Shown: piece after piece, positions 1 through 9,724 of the stretch
Numbering within the stretch: position 1 is the stretch's first letter
How the letters are laid out: each line of letters begins with the position of its first letter
Sequence record: MZ501268.1
DNA: 64,000 nt
Strand: one strand, 5' to 3'
Program-made: the position numbers and the translations under genes
The notes under the pieces: generated by a model
Database searches by the model: none
Told to the model about the DNA's origin: nothing
The model's input: the letters and a program-made list of their open reading frames with translations, nothing else

Positions 1-1410
1 GGTTCTGCCTCTGCTGGTCAGGCCTTACAATGTTTGGTGGTGCGTGGTTATCTGACGGACCATAACTCCCGTATCTTCGTCAAACCAGTAATGGGCAACT
101 ATGTCGAAGGTTTGGGTAAGTTCTACGATTCTTTCGTAGAGTCACGTTCTGCAACCAAAGCAGCGTTGTTCACCAAGAAACCGCTGGAAGATTCCGAATG
201 GTTTAACCGTAAAATGCAGCTGGTTGCACAAGCGGTTCAGAAGATCCATTTGGGTGAAGACTGTGGTTCGACCGTAACTGTCCCTATTGTTATGCGTCGT
301 GGCTGGGCAGCTGCAATGGCCGGGAAGTATTATCTTGATGACGATGGTCAATACAAGATGATCTCTGAAGATGATAAACAGCTAGAGAACCGACTGCTTC
401 ATATCCGTTCTCCGATGTATTGTAATCATCCAGACCGTACCGGCATTTGTGAGCGTTGTTATGGTAAGTTAGCGGTGTCGATTCCCTACTTTAACGTAGA
501 AGGGAAGATTGGGGATAACCAGGTTATTGCAGGTCATGTCAGTGCAACAGAAATCGGTGAGGATCTCTCACAGAAAATGTTGTCGACGAAACACCTCGAT
601 ACCTCCTCAACGGTGGATCCTTTTATCATCCGTCGTGCTGATATGTTGTACGTGAAGCCAGGTCGGCGTGAAAACGCCATTCGTCTGAATCCACGTCTGC
701 GTAACGACAAGGTGATCATGAAGGTAAGTTTCGACAAAACTACCGCATTATCTGATATCGCAGTTGCCGAAAACTTAGATGAAGTAGCAACGCGTGTTTC
801 TGGTTTCAACGAGATCGTGCTGGAGTTTGAGCGTGAAGATGGGGGTAAAGAATCTATCCCGGTTAACACCACTCAGGGTTCTCGTCAGGGTCAGTTTACT
901 GTCGAGTTCCTGCGTTACTTACAGCGCGTAAGCTGGACGAGTGCGGATAAAGATTATATCGCTATCCGTTTGGATCAGTTTGACTATGATTGCGATGTGG
1001 TTGAATTGCCGTTAGTGCATGAAGACATGATGGCGTATCAGAAGCAGATTGAATCCTACATTCGTTTCAGTAAAGAATCGGCGAACTGGAAGAACAAGTT
1101 TGTCACGCCAGATGAAGTGGGTGTGGTGCTGGATCAGTTCTATTCATTATTACGTCAGCGTCTTGGTGTGAACATTGTTCATGCGGAAATGATGTTGTAC
1201 TCGGTAATGACCATGGATCCATCGAAAGGCGATTACCGTCTACCACGGGCACACGAAACACGCCAGTTCTCTTCGTATCACGAATGTATTGAGTATCGTT
1301 CTTTATCGGTACAGCTCGTGTATCAGGAACAGGCTGCCGTGATGCTGAAACCATCCACCTTCTTAAATGACAAACGACAACCGCACCCGATGGATGAAAT
1401 CTTCAAATAA
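1..1410 (+). CDS. Non-virion RNA polymerase beta' C-terminal subunit (phiKZ gp74-like), 5'-truncated by the window
   Basis: Frame is open from base 1. RGYLTD...KPVMGNYVEGL, CERCYG and GHVSATEIGEDLSQKMLSTKH match beta' C-terminal motifs. It precedes the SF2 helicase as in phiKZ. Confidence 0.9.
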   Translation, partial: GSASAGQALQCLVVRGYLTDHNSRIFVKPVMGNYVEGLGKFYDSFVESRSATKAALFTKKPLEDSEWFNRKMQLVAQAVQKIHLGEDCGSTVTVPIVMRRGWAAAMAGKYYLDDDGQYKMISEDDKQLENRLLHIRSPMYCNHPDRTGICERCYGKLAVSIPYFNVEGKIGDNQVIAGHVSATEIGEDLSQKMLSTKHLDTSSTVDPFIIRRADMLYVKPGRRENAIRLNPRLRNDKVIMKVSFDKTTALSDIAVAENLDEVATRVSGFNEIVLEFEREDGGKESIPVNTTQGSRQGQFTVEFLRYLQRVSWTSADKDYIAIRLDQFDYDCDVVELPLVHEDMMAYQKQIESYIRFSKESANWKNKFVTPDEVGVVLDQFYSLLRQRLGVNIVHAEMMLYSVMTMDPSKGDYRLPRAHETRQFSSYHECIEYRSLSVQLVYQEQAAVMLKPSTFLNDKRQPHPMDEIFK

Positions 1411-1424
1411 GTAAGAGGTTGGCG

Positions 1425-2972
1425 ATGCGCAATACTGCGACAATCACCCTTAACAGCCATGGGTTTACTGTGTCTGATTATAATGGTGAGTTTTACGATA
1501 AGTTGAAGTTGTATTGCGCTCGTTTTGTCAAAACAAAAATGGTCTCTAAGGTTGTCCACGGACGGAGAATCTTGGCTAAAGAAAATGACCGTGTTTTTGC
1601 GAGCGCTTTAAACAACCGACGAGAGATCCGCTTTCACATCAACTGCTATGAGGACTTCAAACGCCACATGCAGCAGTGGGGATTTAACGTCTCCCGCTTT
1701 AAGGAAGTGCGAACTGAAATCCCTGAGGGCAAGAATGCCCAATTTGAATTCAAGTTCGAAGGTGTAGGTCCGCGTGATCACCAAACGGAATGGCTGGAGT
1801 ACCAGTTAAATAAAGACCAGGGTGAAGTCACAACGAAGATCAATACCCTTCAAACAGGGAAAGGAAAATCGTTCTGTGGCATTTACAACATGGTCAAGCT
1901 GGGAAAGGTAACAGTCATTGTCATCATGCCAAAATACATCAATGGATGGATTATTGCACTGAACGACTTTGTGAAGTTATCTGAAGGCGATATCATGGTG
2001 GTGCAAGGGTCAGGTGAACTCAACGGCTGCATGAAGTTAGCTGAACAGGGTAAACTGACCTCGCGTATCATTATCGTGAGTCTTCCTACCTTCCAGTATT
2101 ACATGTCGGAGTATGAAGATAACAACGGCGTGATGACCCACTACAACTACACACCTGATCAATTCTGGAAACTGATTAATCCCGGCTTCCTAATCGTCGA
2201 TGAAGGCCATGAGTCTATTCATGCGCTCTTTAAATTTGATCTCTACACCAACGTCAGAAACAAACTGGTATTATCCGCAACACTTGAGGCCGATGATCAG
2301 TTTGTGAATGACATGTACTTTGTTATCTACCCGAATAAGATCCGGTTCAGGGGAGGTGAATACGACAAGTACATTGAAGCTGTGGCATTACTCTACGGCT
2401 TGGTGAACGGAAAGAAAGTCAAGACCAAAGGGTTTGGCGGCACTTACAACCATGTGAAGTTTGAGCAGAGTATTATCAAGGACAAAGCGCTATTAAAGAC
2501 TTACCTTGGTTTAATCAACAAAGTGTTCTGTTACTTCTTTGTTAATAAGAAGGAAGCAAATCAACGATGTCTGATTTACTGTGCGACGGTTGAGATGTGC
2601 TTGTACGTGACGGACTATCTGAATCAGATTCATGATACGATGATTATCCGTAAGTACACCCAAGAAGATCCGAAGGAGACGTTGTATGAGTCTGACGTGA
2701 GTGTTTCGACACTGAAGTCAGCCGGTACTGGTGTGGACATTCCTGGTCTGCGCACCTGTATCATGACGATCGCTATCGGTTCTAGACAAGCGAATGACCA
2801 GGCATTGGGTCGACTGCGTAGATTGAAAGACTATCCAGACACCGTCCCGACGTTTGTGTACTTTGCCTGTACGGGTATCGAATCCCACATGAAGTACCAT
2901 GCCAAAAAGCAAGAACTGTTCCCGATCAAGACGTTAAGTCTGCGTGAGGTCAGTAGCGGTATCTCGTTGTAA
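1425..2972 (+). CDS. Superfamily 2 DExH helicase (gp75/UvsW-like)
   Basis: Motifs TLQTGKGKS, LIVDEGH, SATL, SAGTGVDIP and QALGRLRR. ATG 1425 follows AGAGGT. Confidence 0.9.
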   Translation: MRNTATITLNSHGFTVSDYNGEFYDKLKLYCARFVKTKMVSKVVHGRRILAKENDRVFASALNNRREIRFHINCYEDFKRHMQQWGFNVSRFKEVRTEIPEGKNAQFEFKFEGVGPRDHQTEWLEYQLNKDQGEVTTKINTLQTGKGKSFCGIYNMVKLGKVTVIVIMPKYINGWIIALNDFVKLSEGDIMVVQGSGELNGCMKLAEQGKLTSRIIIVSLPTFQYYMSEYEDNNGVMTHYNYTPDQFWKLINPGFLIVDEGHESIHALFKFDLYTNVRNKLVLSATLEADDQFVNDMYFVIYPNKIRFRGGEYDKYIEAVALLYGLVNGKKVKTKGFGGTYNHVKFEQSIIKDKALLKTYLGLINKVFCYFFVNKKEANQRCLIYCATVEMCLYVTDYLNQIHDTMIIRKYTQEDPKETLYESDVSVSTLKSAGTGVDIPGLRTCIMTIAIGSRQANDQALGRLRRLKDYPDTVPTFVYFACTGIESHMKYHAKKQELFPIKTLSLREVSSGISL

Positions 2973-2981
2973 TAAACTGAT

Positions 2982-3035
2982 TGTGTAAAAGACCGGGGTT
3001 CGTCCTTGGTCTTTTACACATCTTTTTCCTTTTCT
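2982..3035 (+). terminator. Intrinsic terminator after the helicase
   Basis: Perfect 13-bp stem TGTGTAAAAGACC/GGTCTTTTACACA followed by a T-rich tract. Confidence 0.75.
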
Positions 3036-3058
3036 TTTTTGTTGAGGATACACGGCTT

Positions 3059-3385
3059 ATGACTAGAAAGATTTTGGTAATGGGGTGTAGAGACATGGTT
3101 GGCTCTGCGCTGCTTGCTCGTTTGATGGAGATGGAGGGTGTTGAAATCACAACCACTGAGGAACTTCATCGTCGCTGGTCAAGTGAGCGGGGGATTGCTA
3201 ATCTGGAAGATATTGCTCGTCGGCTTGAGAAAGCAACCGAGGATAATCGCTTAATGGCTGGACTGCCAAGCTATTGGGATAACTTCATCGAGATGCGTGA
3301 TCAACAAATCTATCACCAAACCCGTATCCCACCGAAGAAAGCCGTATGCAGCTCTCGTCATAAAGGTCGGAGGTTTAAAGGATGA
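3059..3385 (+). CDS. Hypothetical protein with basic C-terminus
   Basis: ATG 3059 follows GAGGA; ATGA overlap with the next gene. Confidence 0.65.
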   Translation: MTRKILVMGCRDMVGSALLARLMEMEGVEITTTEELHRRWSSERGIANLEDIARRLEKATEDNRLMAGLPSYWDNFIEMRDQQIYHQTRIPPKKAVCSSRHKGRRFKG

Positions 3386-3699
3386 GTAATAATCGTGCAT
3401 TGAAGTATTGCTTGACCAAAGTCAGTCGACGCGTGCGTGACGGCGATGCCCGAAATGCATCCCGTTGTTTGTGTCGTTATATCGAAGAGCAAGTGGCCAT
3501 CAGAGACATGAGCGCCATTGATCGTCTTTTAGTTCAGTGCCGCGATAAAAAGGTACCCCTAAAAGAGATCAACAAAGTGTCACTGCTGCGCAGCTGTTTT
3601 CGTCTGCGTGAAAGCTTACGTGAATATCAGTCGTGCTTGGACCTGTGGCGTCAGGATCTAAAAGCGGCGGGTATGGATAACCTATTGATAGGATTGTAA
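3382..3699 (+). CDS. Hypothetical protein
   Basis: 105-aa ORF in a tightly packed operon. Confidence 0.65.
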   Translation: MSNNRALKYCLTKVSRRVRDGDARNASRCLCRYIEEQVAIRDMSAIDRLLVQCRDKKVPLKEINKVSLLRSCFRLRESLREYQSCLDLWRQDLKAAGMDNLLIGL

Positions 3700-3700
3700 C

Positions 3701-4063
3701 ATGTCCGATTACAGTACCGATATTTTTAAGGCCATCAGTTGTAAGACCCCGACTAAGGGCAGCGAGCTTTACATTGATGACTTTGGTGATTTGTGGATGC
3801 TGATTCCTCGCATCAACCGTTTTGGTGAGCAATCTGTGTACCGTCAGTATGCTGGTAACCTGACCCTTGCCAGCGCACCGAGTGCCATGTACCAGGGGCA
3901 GATGTATGTCTGTGAGTTACTCCCAGGGTACCATTTGATTTTGGTTAACCAGACAGCCCTTGTTAACCAGTATACCCTGGTCCAGTATGTGCGTACGCGT
4001 TCTGCAAAAGTAGAGGCGCGTTATCGTAGGAAACCCAAGGCGTTAGGAAGGCCGTATGCTTAA
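3701..4063 (+). CDS. Hypothetical protein
   Basis: 120 aa; AGGA RBS; abuts neighbours. Confidence 0.65.
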   Translation: MSDYSTDIFKAISCKTPTKGSELYIDDFGDLWMLIPRINRFGEQSVYRQYAGNLTLASAPSAMYQGQMYVCELLPGYHLILVNQTALVNQYTLVQYVRTRSAKVEARYRRKPKALGRPYA

Positions 4064-4409
4064 GTTACTTAAACGACTCTTTAACAGGAAGAAAGCAGAA
4101 CCGGCGCGTGTTGAACCGGCGGTGTTTGAGAAACGCCTCAAAGAGATTCCTGTTCGTCAACCGGTCAGGGCGGTTAGACCGACTGTAACACACCGTCCTA
4201 TCAGTAAATGTAACGACGAGAGTCAGTTGACTGCGTTGTTTGCAGCACAGCAGTTCTACGACCTGCCAGACCCCACCCCTTCATCTTATCACGCCAGACA
4301 GGATCATCATGCCACGCCCCATCATACTAGCCATCGTGACGATAGCCATAACGACACTGGCGCTAGTGACTACAGCAGTGGATCTGATAGCAGCAGTCCA
4401 TCTGATTGA
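4056..4409 (+). CDS. Hypothetical protein with His/Ser/Asp-rich tail
   Basis: 117 aa; low-complexity C-terminus ending DYSSGSDSSSPSD. Confidence 0.65.
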   Translation: MLKLLKRLFNRKKAEPARVEPAVFEKRLKEIPVRQPVRAVRPTVTHRPISKCNDESQLTALFAAQQFYDLPDPTPSSYHARQDHHATPHHTSHRDDSHNDTGASDYSSGSDSSSPSD

Positions 4410-4448
4410 TCAACTAACTTAATCTTAGGTAATAAAAGGAAGAATAAC

Positions 4449-5240
4449 ATGTCACAGAAGAAAGGTGTCTCAGAAATTAAATTAACCGGGATCATGGGCA
4501 GCGATGGTTATTACCATATTGTATCAGGTGATACAACGTCACTAAACGCCAATGGTCGACATTACAACCCGGTAGTATTGCAGTATATGGTTAACGGCGA
4601 TCGTTTAAACAGACGTGCTTTCAATACCGATGTTGAGCATCCGGTTTCACGTAAAACCCTGTTCCAGAAATACCTGGGTCTGGTGCCTGACGATGATCAC
4701 TATCGCGGTACGCCTGCTCAGCGCCATCCGTTCATGCGTGCGATGGCTTTACGCTTTAGTGTAGCAATGGAGTCGGCGAGAATCAGTTCCTATCGCCAGA
4801 CAGCTGGCGGTGACCGGATACACTATCTTCTACAGCAGTTCCACAACCATTACTTAAATGAAATGGCGGAAATAAAGGCAAGCCGACCTATTCCGATCGA
4901 TTTAACCCGCTATGCAAGGCTGTTGAAGTGGGAAGCTGTAAAGACAGAAAGGCCAGTTGTAGGCATGTGGGATAGCGAGTTTGCCGGACTCTATTTCCAA
5001 CCGTATCGGGCGGGTGTTGGTAAGTCAATGTTCTACAGCATGTTACCGGGCATCAAATTGCACCTGGGTGGTATTCACGCGACCATTGGAGGTCGTCCGT
5101 GGATCTATGAAAGCAGTTGCATGGGTCCCGCTGGCTTCTGGCCTACCACGATTGAAGACGGTATGGCGCACGACGGACCGGCTATCACCGCTCAGTTCAA
5201 TCGTGAGCGTATGGCGAAACCTAAGAAGGGGCGTGTATAA
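4449..5240 (+). CDS. Hypothetical protein; N-terminal half resembles the prohead protease family (S80, phiKZ gp175/T4 gp21)
   Basis: DGYYHIVSG...LNANGRHY...RLNRRAFNTDVEHP...LGLVP...LRFSV; AAGGA RBS. Confidence 0.55.
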   Translation: MSQKKGVSEIKLTGIMGSDGYYHIVSGDTTSLNANGRHYNPVVLQYMVNGDRLNRRAFNTDVEHPVSRKTLFQKYLGLVPDDDHYRGTPAQRHPFMRAMALRFSVAMESARISSYRQTAGGDRIHYLLQQFHNHYLNEMAEIKASRPIPIDLTRYARLLKWEAVKTERPVVGMWDSEFAGLYFQPYRAGVGKSMFYSMLPGIKLHLGGIHATIGGRPWIYESSCMGPAGFWPTTIEDGMAHDGPAITAQFNRERMAKPKKGRV

Positions 5241-6304
5241 TGGCATTAGACCAAGAGTATTATGAAAAGGCACTGGGTGTCTTACTGCTCAAAGGTTTCT
5301 CTGATACGGAAGCTGAACAGATCGCTCGCACACTCTCTGTACTGATCCCTATGCGTTTTATTACTGCAAAGGAATGGGATGCATTGCCAGCAGACCAGCG
5401 CCTGGTAAACGAGCAGGTAGAGAAGAATCTGACGTGGTTAGATCGCATCCCCGAACTGCAGAAGCCGGTGATCTACCAAATGCCGACTAACTTCACGTAT
5501 ACCACCTACGGTCAGGAGTACGTACCCGGTACAGACTCACCGACGTTTAAAACTGGGCCGGACGGTTACACCCATCATCCGGTTGGTTGGGAAAGTGGGA
5601 TTCGTGGTATGCCGGGAACAATAGGTGCTGAGGGGATTTCCTTTGCTGGTCACGGGTTTGTGCATAATGAGTTTAAATATGTACCGACTGTAGAACCACT
5701 CACTAAACGGATAATGGTCCGTGTGGTTGACGGCGGTCGTAGTTCCGATTTGACGCTGAATGAGTTTATCGAGCGTATTGGTGGTTATGGCAAATTACCC
5801 ATGTCCGTGCGTCAGGTCATTGATGACCTCTGTGCTGCTGAGGAGAACGGTATGAATTTCTTTGATGATTTACCAGCATTACCAGGCGGTGTTTCTAAAA
5901 AACGTGCTGCTGAACTTAAGCTTGATAATCTCGCTGACCTCGATGGGATCAAGCGCGCCTACCCGGATATCAATGACGCGGATGCGAACACGATCTCTAA
6001 CGCCCACCGTTTAGTTGATCAACACCTGGGTCGTGCCAAACGCGAACACGGTTTCTCGCCAAAGGTGCGTGATGCGATATCTGATGTGTTAATCAGTCTC
6101 AACGGACCTAGGAAAACACAGCCAGAGGCATCAGGTGATGTGAAAATCAAAACCCACTTCACGCGTAACTTCGGTTGTGGCTTGTCCTTTAATGAACCGT
6201 TGTTTGGCCAGAGCTTCAAATACCCTACCGGACCACAAACCATGCCAGGGTTAGAGCGGGGACCGGACGGGAAACGCAAGCGCAGAAAGAAGGGTAAGCG
6301 ATGA
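5240..6304 (+). CDS. Hypothetical protein with Lys/Arg-rich C-terminus
   Basis: 354 aa; start overlaps the upstream stop; ends KRKRRKKGKR. Confidence 0.75.
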   Translation: MALDQEYYEKALGVLLLKGFSDTEAEQIARTLSVLIPMRFITAKEWDALPADQRLVNEQVEKNLTWLDRIPELQKPVIYQMPTNFTYTTYGQEYVPGTDSPTFKTGPDGYTHHPVGWESGIRGMPGTIGAEGISFAGHGFVHNEFKYVPTVEPLTKRIMVRVVDGGRSSDLTLNEFIERIGGYGKLPMSVRQVIDDLCAAEENGMNFFDDLPALPGGVSKKRAAELKLDNLADLDGIKRAYPDINDADANTISNAHRLVDQHLGRAKREHGFSPKVRDAISDVLISLNGPRKTQPEASGDVKIKTHFTRNFGCGLSFNEPLFGQSFKYPTGPQTMPGLERGPDGKRKRRKKGKR

Positions 6305-7092
6305 GCCAGTCAAGCTGGGAAAGGTTATTTACTCGCTGGGTTGATGAGTACCCGGAGTTTAAAGAACAAGATAAACCTGTGGTCATGATCATCGTCGATT
6401 ATGAAACCGGTGCTGAGCAGAAAGCTTTTGATAAGATTGCCGCCACACAGACGAAGTTCCCGAATGTTATCCCACGTTTAATCAAGGCAAAAGACTTCAC
6501 GCCTAGTTTTGTTAAACAATTGTACCAAGATAATATATCGTGGCACTACATCCATACTTCTGGCTCTTGCTATTACCCCGGCCACGGCAAGTACATCGAT
6601 GGCGATGGTGAGTTATATGCACACCATGGTGGTGCTGGTGATCGGGGCTGTGTTATCCCTAACAATGGCTGGGTTGTTTATCAGGGTGATCCTGCTAACC
6701 CGCAGATGCGCGGCAGTGGCAAGCGGTCGTTAGAAGAGGTTATAACGAAAGGCAGTCCTTACGACTACCCGTCAGTCATCCGAGTGGTCGGTGACGTCAG
6801 TCAGCCTGAAACGGTTAAACTGGCGCATACCGTAGCGAAAATTGTTCAGGGTAAGAACATCATGGTAGAGATCGTTGCCTATAAGGAACTGATCTATTGT
6901 GGAGACGGCGGTAATGAGCTCAACATCTCTTTACCTGAATACCAGGCAGAACACGAAGCCATTTGGGATAATATCCCTAAGCCCGACTACGACCATTGCC
7001 GTAATGGTGTGAAAGGCGAAAGAGGTGAACCAGGACCTTCTGGACCCCTGGCCTCTGTATTAGCAACACGACGCAGGAAGCGCACGTATTAA
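6301..7092 (+). CDS. Hypothetical protein with a short G-X-Y stretch and basic tail
   Basis: 263 aa; ends GVKGERGEPGPSGPLASVLATRRRKRTY; ATGA overlap. Confidence 0.75.
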   Translation: MSQSSWERLFTRWVDEYPEFKEQDKPVVMIIVDYETGAEQKAFDKIAATQTKFPNVIPRLIKAKDFTPSFVKQLYQDNISWHYIHTSGSCYYPGHGKYIDGDGELYAHHGGAGDRGCVIPNNGWVVYQGDPANPQMRGSGKRSLEEVITKGSPYDYPSVIRVVGDVSQPETVKLAHTVAKIVQGKNIMVEIVAYKELIYCGDGGNELNISLPEYQAEHEAIWDNIPKPDYDHCRNGVKGERGEPGPSGPLASVLATRRRKRTY

Positions 7093-7123
7093 AACAAGTA
7101 ACCCTTCTAAGGAGAAGTGACTT

Positions 7124-7456
7124 ATGTGTAACATGCGATCGGATTGGTTCGTTGAACGCGCACCAGGTTGTATTGATGAAGACCCGCATCTTGACCATCC
7201 GAAGATGCACGACCTGCTTTCACGTATCCGTGATTTTGTGAAAGAGAACGATGTCAAAGTCATCACGGCCAAGAGCCTGCTTGATGAGAATGGTGAGTTG
7301 TTGGTTAAACCAGAAACCGAACAGAACTTCATGTCTTATCTGTCTCCGCTGCCAGCTGATTATCAGGTGATGATCAACCGCGTGGCTAATGACAGCGAGC
7401 AAGAAGTTGGCGTGCGTATCCTGAAAGGACGTAAGCGTGACCCAAGACCTCGTTGA
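7124..7456 (+). CDS. Hypothetical protein
   Basis: 110 aa; AAGGAG upstream. Confidence 0.65.
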   Translation: MCNMRSDWFVERAPGCIDEDPHLDHPKMHDLLSRIRDFVKENDVKVITAKSLLDENGELLVKPETEQNFMSYLSPLPADYQVMINRVANDSEQEVGVRILKGRKRDPRPR

Positions 7457-7667
7457 GCAACACGTCGAGCAGGCCAATCGTTATGAGGGGTCTACCGATG
7501 AATTGGTCCAACAGGTAAAAGATCGCATTGCACGGGGTGAGATTGTCTTCACTACCGGCGATGTGATTGAACCTGGTATTTGGACACCTGAGAAAATCGA
7601 AGAGTTGAAGTCTGTGCTTCGACATATTCGTGACTCAGAACAACGCATCAAAGGTGGCCAGGGGTGA
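7437..7667 (+). CDS. Hypothetical protein
   Basis: 76 aa; fills the gap between neighbours; GTG start. Confidence 0.55.
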   Translation: MTQDLVEQHVEQANRYEGSTDELVQQVKDRIARGEIVFTTGDVIEPGIWTPEKIEELKSVLRHIRDSEQRIKGGQG

Positions 7668-8161
7668 CGCCCTGGCTGTTATGCCAGTTAATTAGGAAAG
7701 GTAGCATGGGAACATGTAGTATGATTACATTGGCATTATTATTCCTGGCGGGGATTCTAGGCGCAAGTTGTTGGTTCTTACGAATCGTGCAGTATGAAGC
7801 AAACCGTTACGCGATTGAAAGTGACAAAGCGTTTAAGCGGTTTTCTAACAAACTCCACAATGCCCTGGATATTCCCAAGGAACAACCACCGTTTGTGAGT
7901 AACATCAATCAGGTTGAAGACGCACTACAGGCAACGGTTATACTTGTTGAAGAGATCTCAAATAAAATAAAAGATGAGACCTCACGTATTAAAGTTGAAA
8001 GCACCTTTATGATTGTTAGAGGTATGCAGACGGACATGCCGGTTAGAATCTGTGTAGGTAACACGGTTTTCAATTTATCTGAACACAACCACAACCACGT
8101 GGCGGTGATCAAAACAATTGATGACCTTAACAACACATTGCGTAAAATCAATGAAAGTTAA
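7664..8161 (+). CDS. Putative single-pass membrane protein
   Basis: Hydrophobic segment MITLALLFLAGILGASCWFL; exact start uncertain. Confidence 0.6.
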   Translation: MTPWLLCQLIRKGSMGTCSMITLALLFLAGILGASCWFLRIVQYEANRYAIESDKAFKRFSNKLHNALDIPKEQPPFVSNINQVEDALQATVILVEEISNKIKDETSRIKVESTFMIVRGMQTDMPVRICVGNTVFNLSEHNHNHVAVIKTIDDLNNTLRKINES

Positions 8162-8175
8162 CCGCAGATAGTTTC

Positions 8176-8188
8176 AGACCTATATAAC
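8176..8188 (+). promoter_or_regulatory. Candidate phage promoter, AGACCTATATAAC variant
   Basis: Intergenic, about 50 nt upstream of 8238; resembles the motif at 14620, 54351 and 63963. Confidence 0.45.
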
Positions 8189-8237
8189 CACCGTGATAGA
8201 CCCCTCAACCCAATTAACCTAACTGTAAGGATTCATC

Positions 8238-8678
8238 ATGAAATACGTTTACGCTACAATTATTGTCTTTGGTTTGTTCTTTGCATTTACTGTACAGGCT
8301 GAAGATCAGACGAGAGAAGTGGATGGTTGGTATGCGGAATACAATACAGCATCGGTGCATTATTCTGCGGCCAATAAGAAGGAACAAGAACTCACCATGG
8401 AGTGCTCGCTGGGTGACTGGACCTTTGCCTATGCAGACAAGATGGGAGAGGAAGTGAATTCAGTGGATGACAACATGACAATCCTCGTCGACGGTACAGC
8501 GTTTGCTGTGCCGAAGACAAAGGAGTCACGTGAGAAGCTTTATGCCGCGATTCAGCATGCCCGCCAAGGCATTCAGTTTAAGACACATCAGTACGGCGAC
8601 TCTGATGTCTTCCCAGTCAAAGGCTTGACGGTAATGTTCAAAGACTTGCCGTTTGAAGTCAGTCCGTGCATGAGCTGA
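8238..8678 (+). CDS. Putative exported/periplasmic protein
   Basis: Signal-peptide-like MKYVYATIIVFGLFFAFTVQA; AAGGA RBS. Confidence 0.7.
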   Translation: MKYVYATIIVFGLFFAFTVQAEDQTREVDGWYAEYNTASVHYSAANKKEQELTMECSLGDWTFAYADKMGEEVNSVDDNMTILVDGTAFAVPKTKESREKLYAAIQHARQGIQFKTHQYGDSDVFPVKGLTVMFKDLPFEVSPCMS

Positions 8679-8712
8679 AATTAACCCATCGGTTTATTAA
8701 GAGAAATTAACC

Positions 8713-8836
8713 ATGATCACCATTTACTGACCATGACATCACCATTGTTAAAGAGTATCGTGAATCTGCGTCTCATGGTATGCGAGACTTAGATCAACTT
8801 GCTCGTGAGCTATACGAGAAACACTTTGCAAAATGA
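8713..8836 (+). pseudogene. Possible frameshifted small gene of about 40 aa
   Basis: ATG 8713 reads MITIY-stop. The +1 frame from 8717 is open as SPFTDHDITIVKEYRESASHGMRDLDQLARELYEKHFAK, and its stop overlaps the RBS of 8844. Confidence 0.35.
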
Positions 8837-8843
8837 GGTTAGT

Positions 8844-9245
8844 ATGGGCAATGCATATTGTAAGGTAGTCGCGATACACAGCATCTACGTACACAGCGCT
8901 GCGATGGAACTCGTCTCAGCAAAATACAAGAACTGTTTTCGTCTTGCCTATAACTTCCTGAATGCAACACAGCTCGCTCGTGAGTTACGTCTTGCATCCA
9001 AGAATAGCGAGATCCTGATTGTGGATACCAGTGAGTTTACCCGTAGAACACTGAACACACTCGGGGAGCAGTTTTACTGTATCTATCCTGGATCGGAGCA
9101 GGCAACTGACATCTCCATGAAACATCAGCGCAGTTGTCGTATGACGCCCAACTGTATGCATATCGAAATCCGCGATATAAAGGATTTTGAGAGCCTTAAT
9201 TGGGAAATACGACCTGATGCCGGGATAAGACTATCACACCGTTAG
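8844..9245 (+). CDS. Hypothetical protein
   Basis: ATG 8844 follows GAGGT; terminator follows. Confidence 0.6.
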   Translation: MGNAYCKVVAIHSIYVHSAAMELVSAKYKNCFRLAYNFLNATQLARELRLASKNSEILIVDTSEFTRRTLNTLGEQFYCIYPGSEQATDISMKHQRSCRMTPNCMHIEIRDIKDFESLNWEIRPDAGIRLSHR

Positions 9246-9248
9246 AAC

Positions 9249-9302
9249 GGCATATAGGTCCTCCATTACGGAGGACCTTTTATGACACTTCTTTTTTTTT
9301 TT
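9249..9302. terminator. Terminator hairpin between convergent genes
   Basis: AGGTCCTCC/GGAGGACCT stem inside GGCATA...TATGAC flanks, then a T-run. Confidence 0.75.
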
Positions 9303-9681
9303 ACTGCACCAACCCCTGAGTGAGCTGGGAACTATATTGAATAGCATGATAGTTCGCAGATTTATCAAGTTGTTCGGTACAGCGATACACAGGAGTCTTC
9401 ATAAAAGGGCAGCCTGCGTTGGTTAACGTTTCGCGGTTCTCGTGAGTCTCGTCAACCCGGATAACAACATCGGTGACTTGAAAGCCAAAGACTTCACGCT
9501 TGGTGGCGGTGTAACTCGCATCCAATACCACGATCTTACCGTTGAGCACGAGTTTGATTGCCACAGGGTACTTTGAGACAAACTGCGACCCTAAGCCTGA
9601 CAGCGCAACCTTTATCATGAACTTCTTAAAGGATTGCATCAACTGACTTTCACTAGCCCAACTTTTTACAATCTGCAGCAT
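9301..9681 (-). CDS. Hypothetical protein
   Basis: 126-aa ORF between two hairpins; weak RBS. Confidence 0.5.
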   Translation of the reverse strand: MLQIVKSWASESQLMQSFKKFMIKVALSGLGSQFVSKYPVAIKLVLNGKIVVLDASYTATKREVFGFQVTDVVIRVDETHENRETLTNAGCPFMKTPVYRCTEQLDKSANYHAIQYSSQLTQGLVQ

Positions 9682-9724
9682 GTGTGTATTTCCACTAATA
9701 AAAGGGAAGTTAAGAAAAGCAACC

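Noticed and set aside
6301-7092. Second collagen protein
   Set aside because: Only about five G-X-Y triplets, too short for a stable triple helix.
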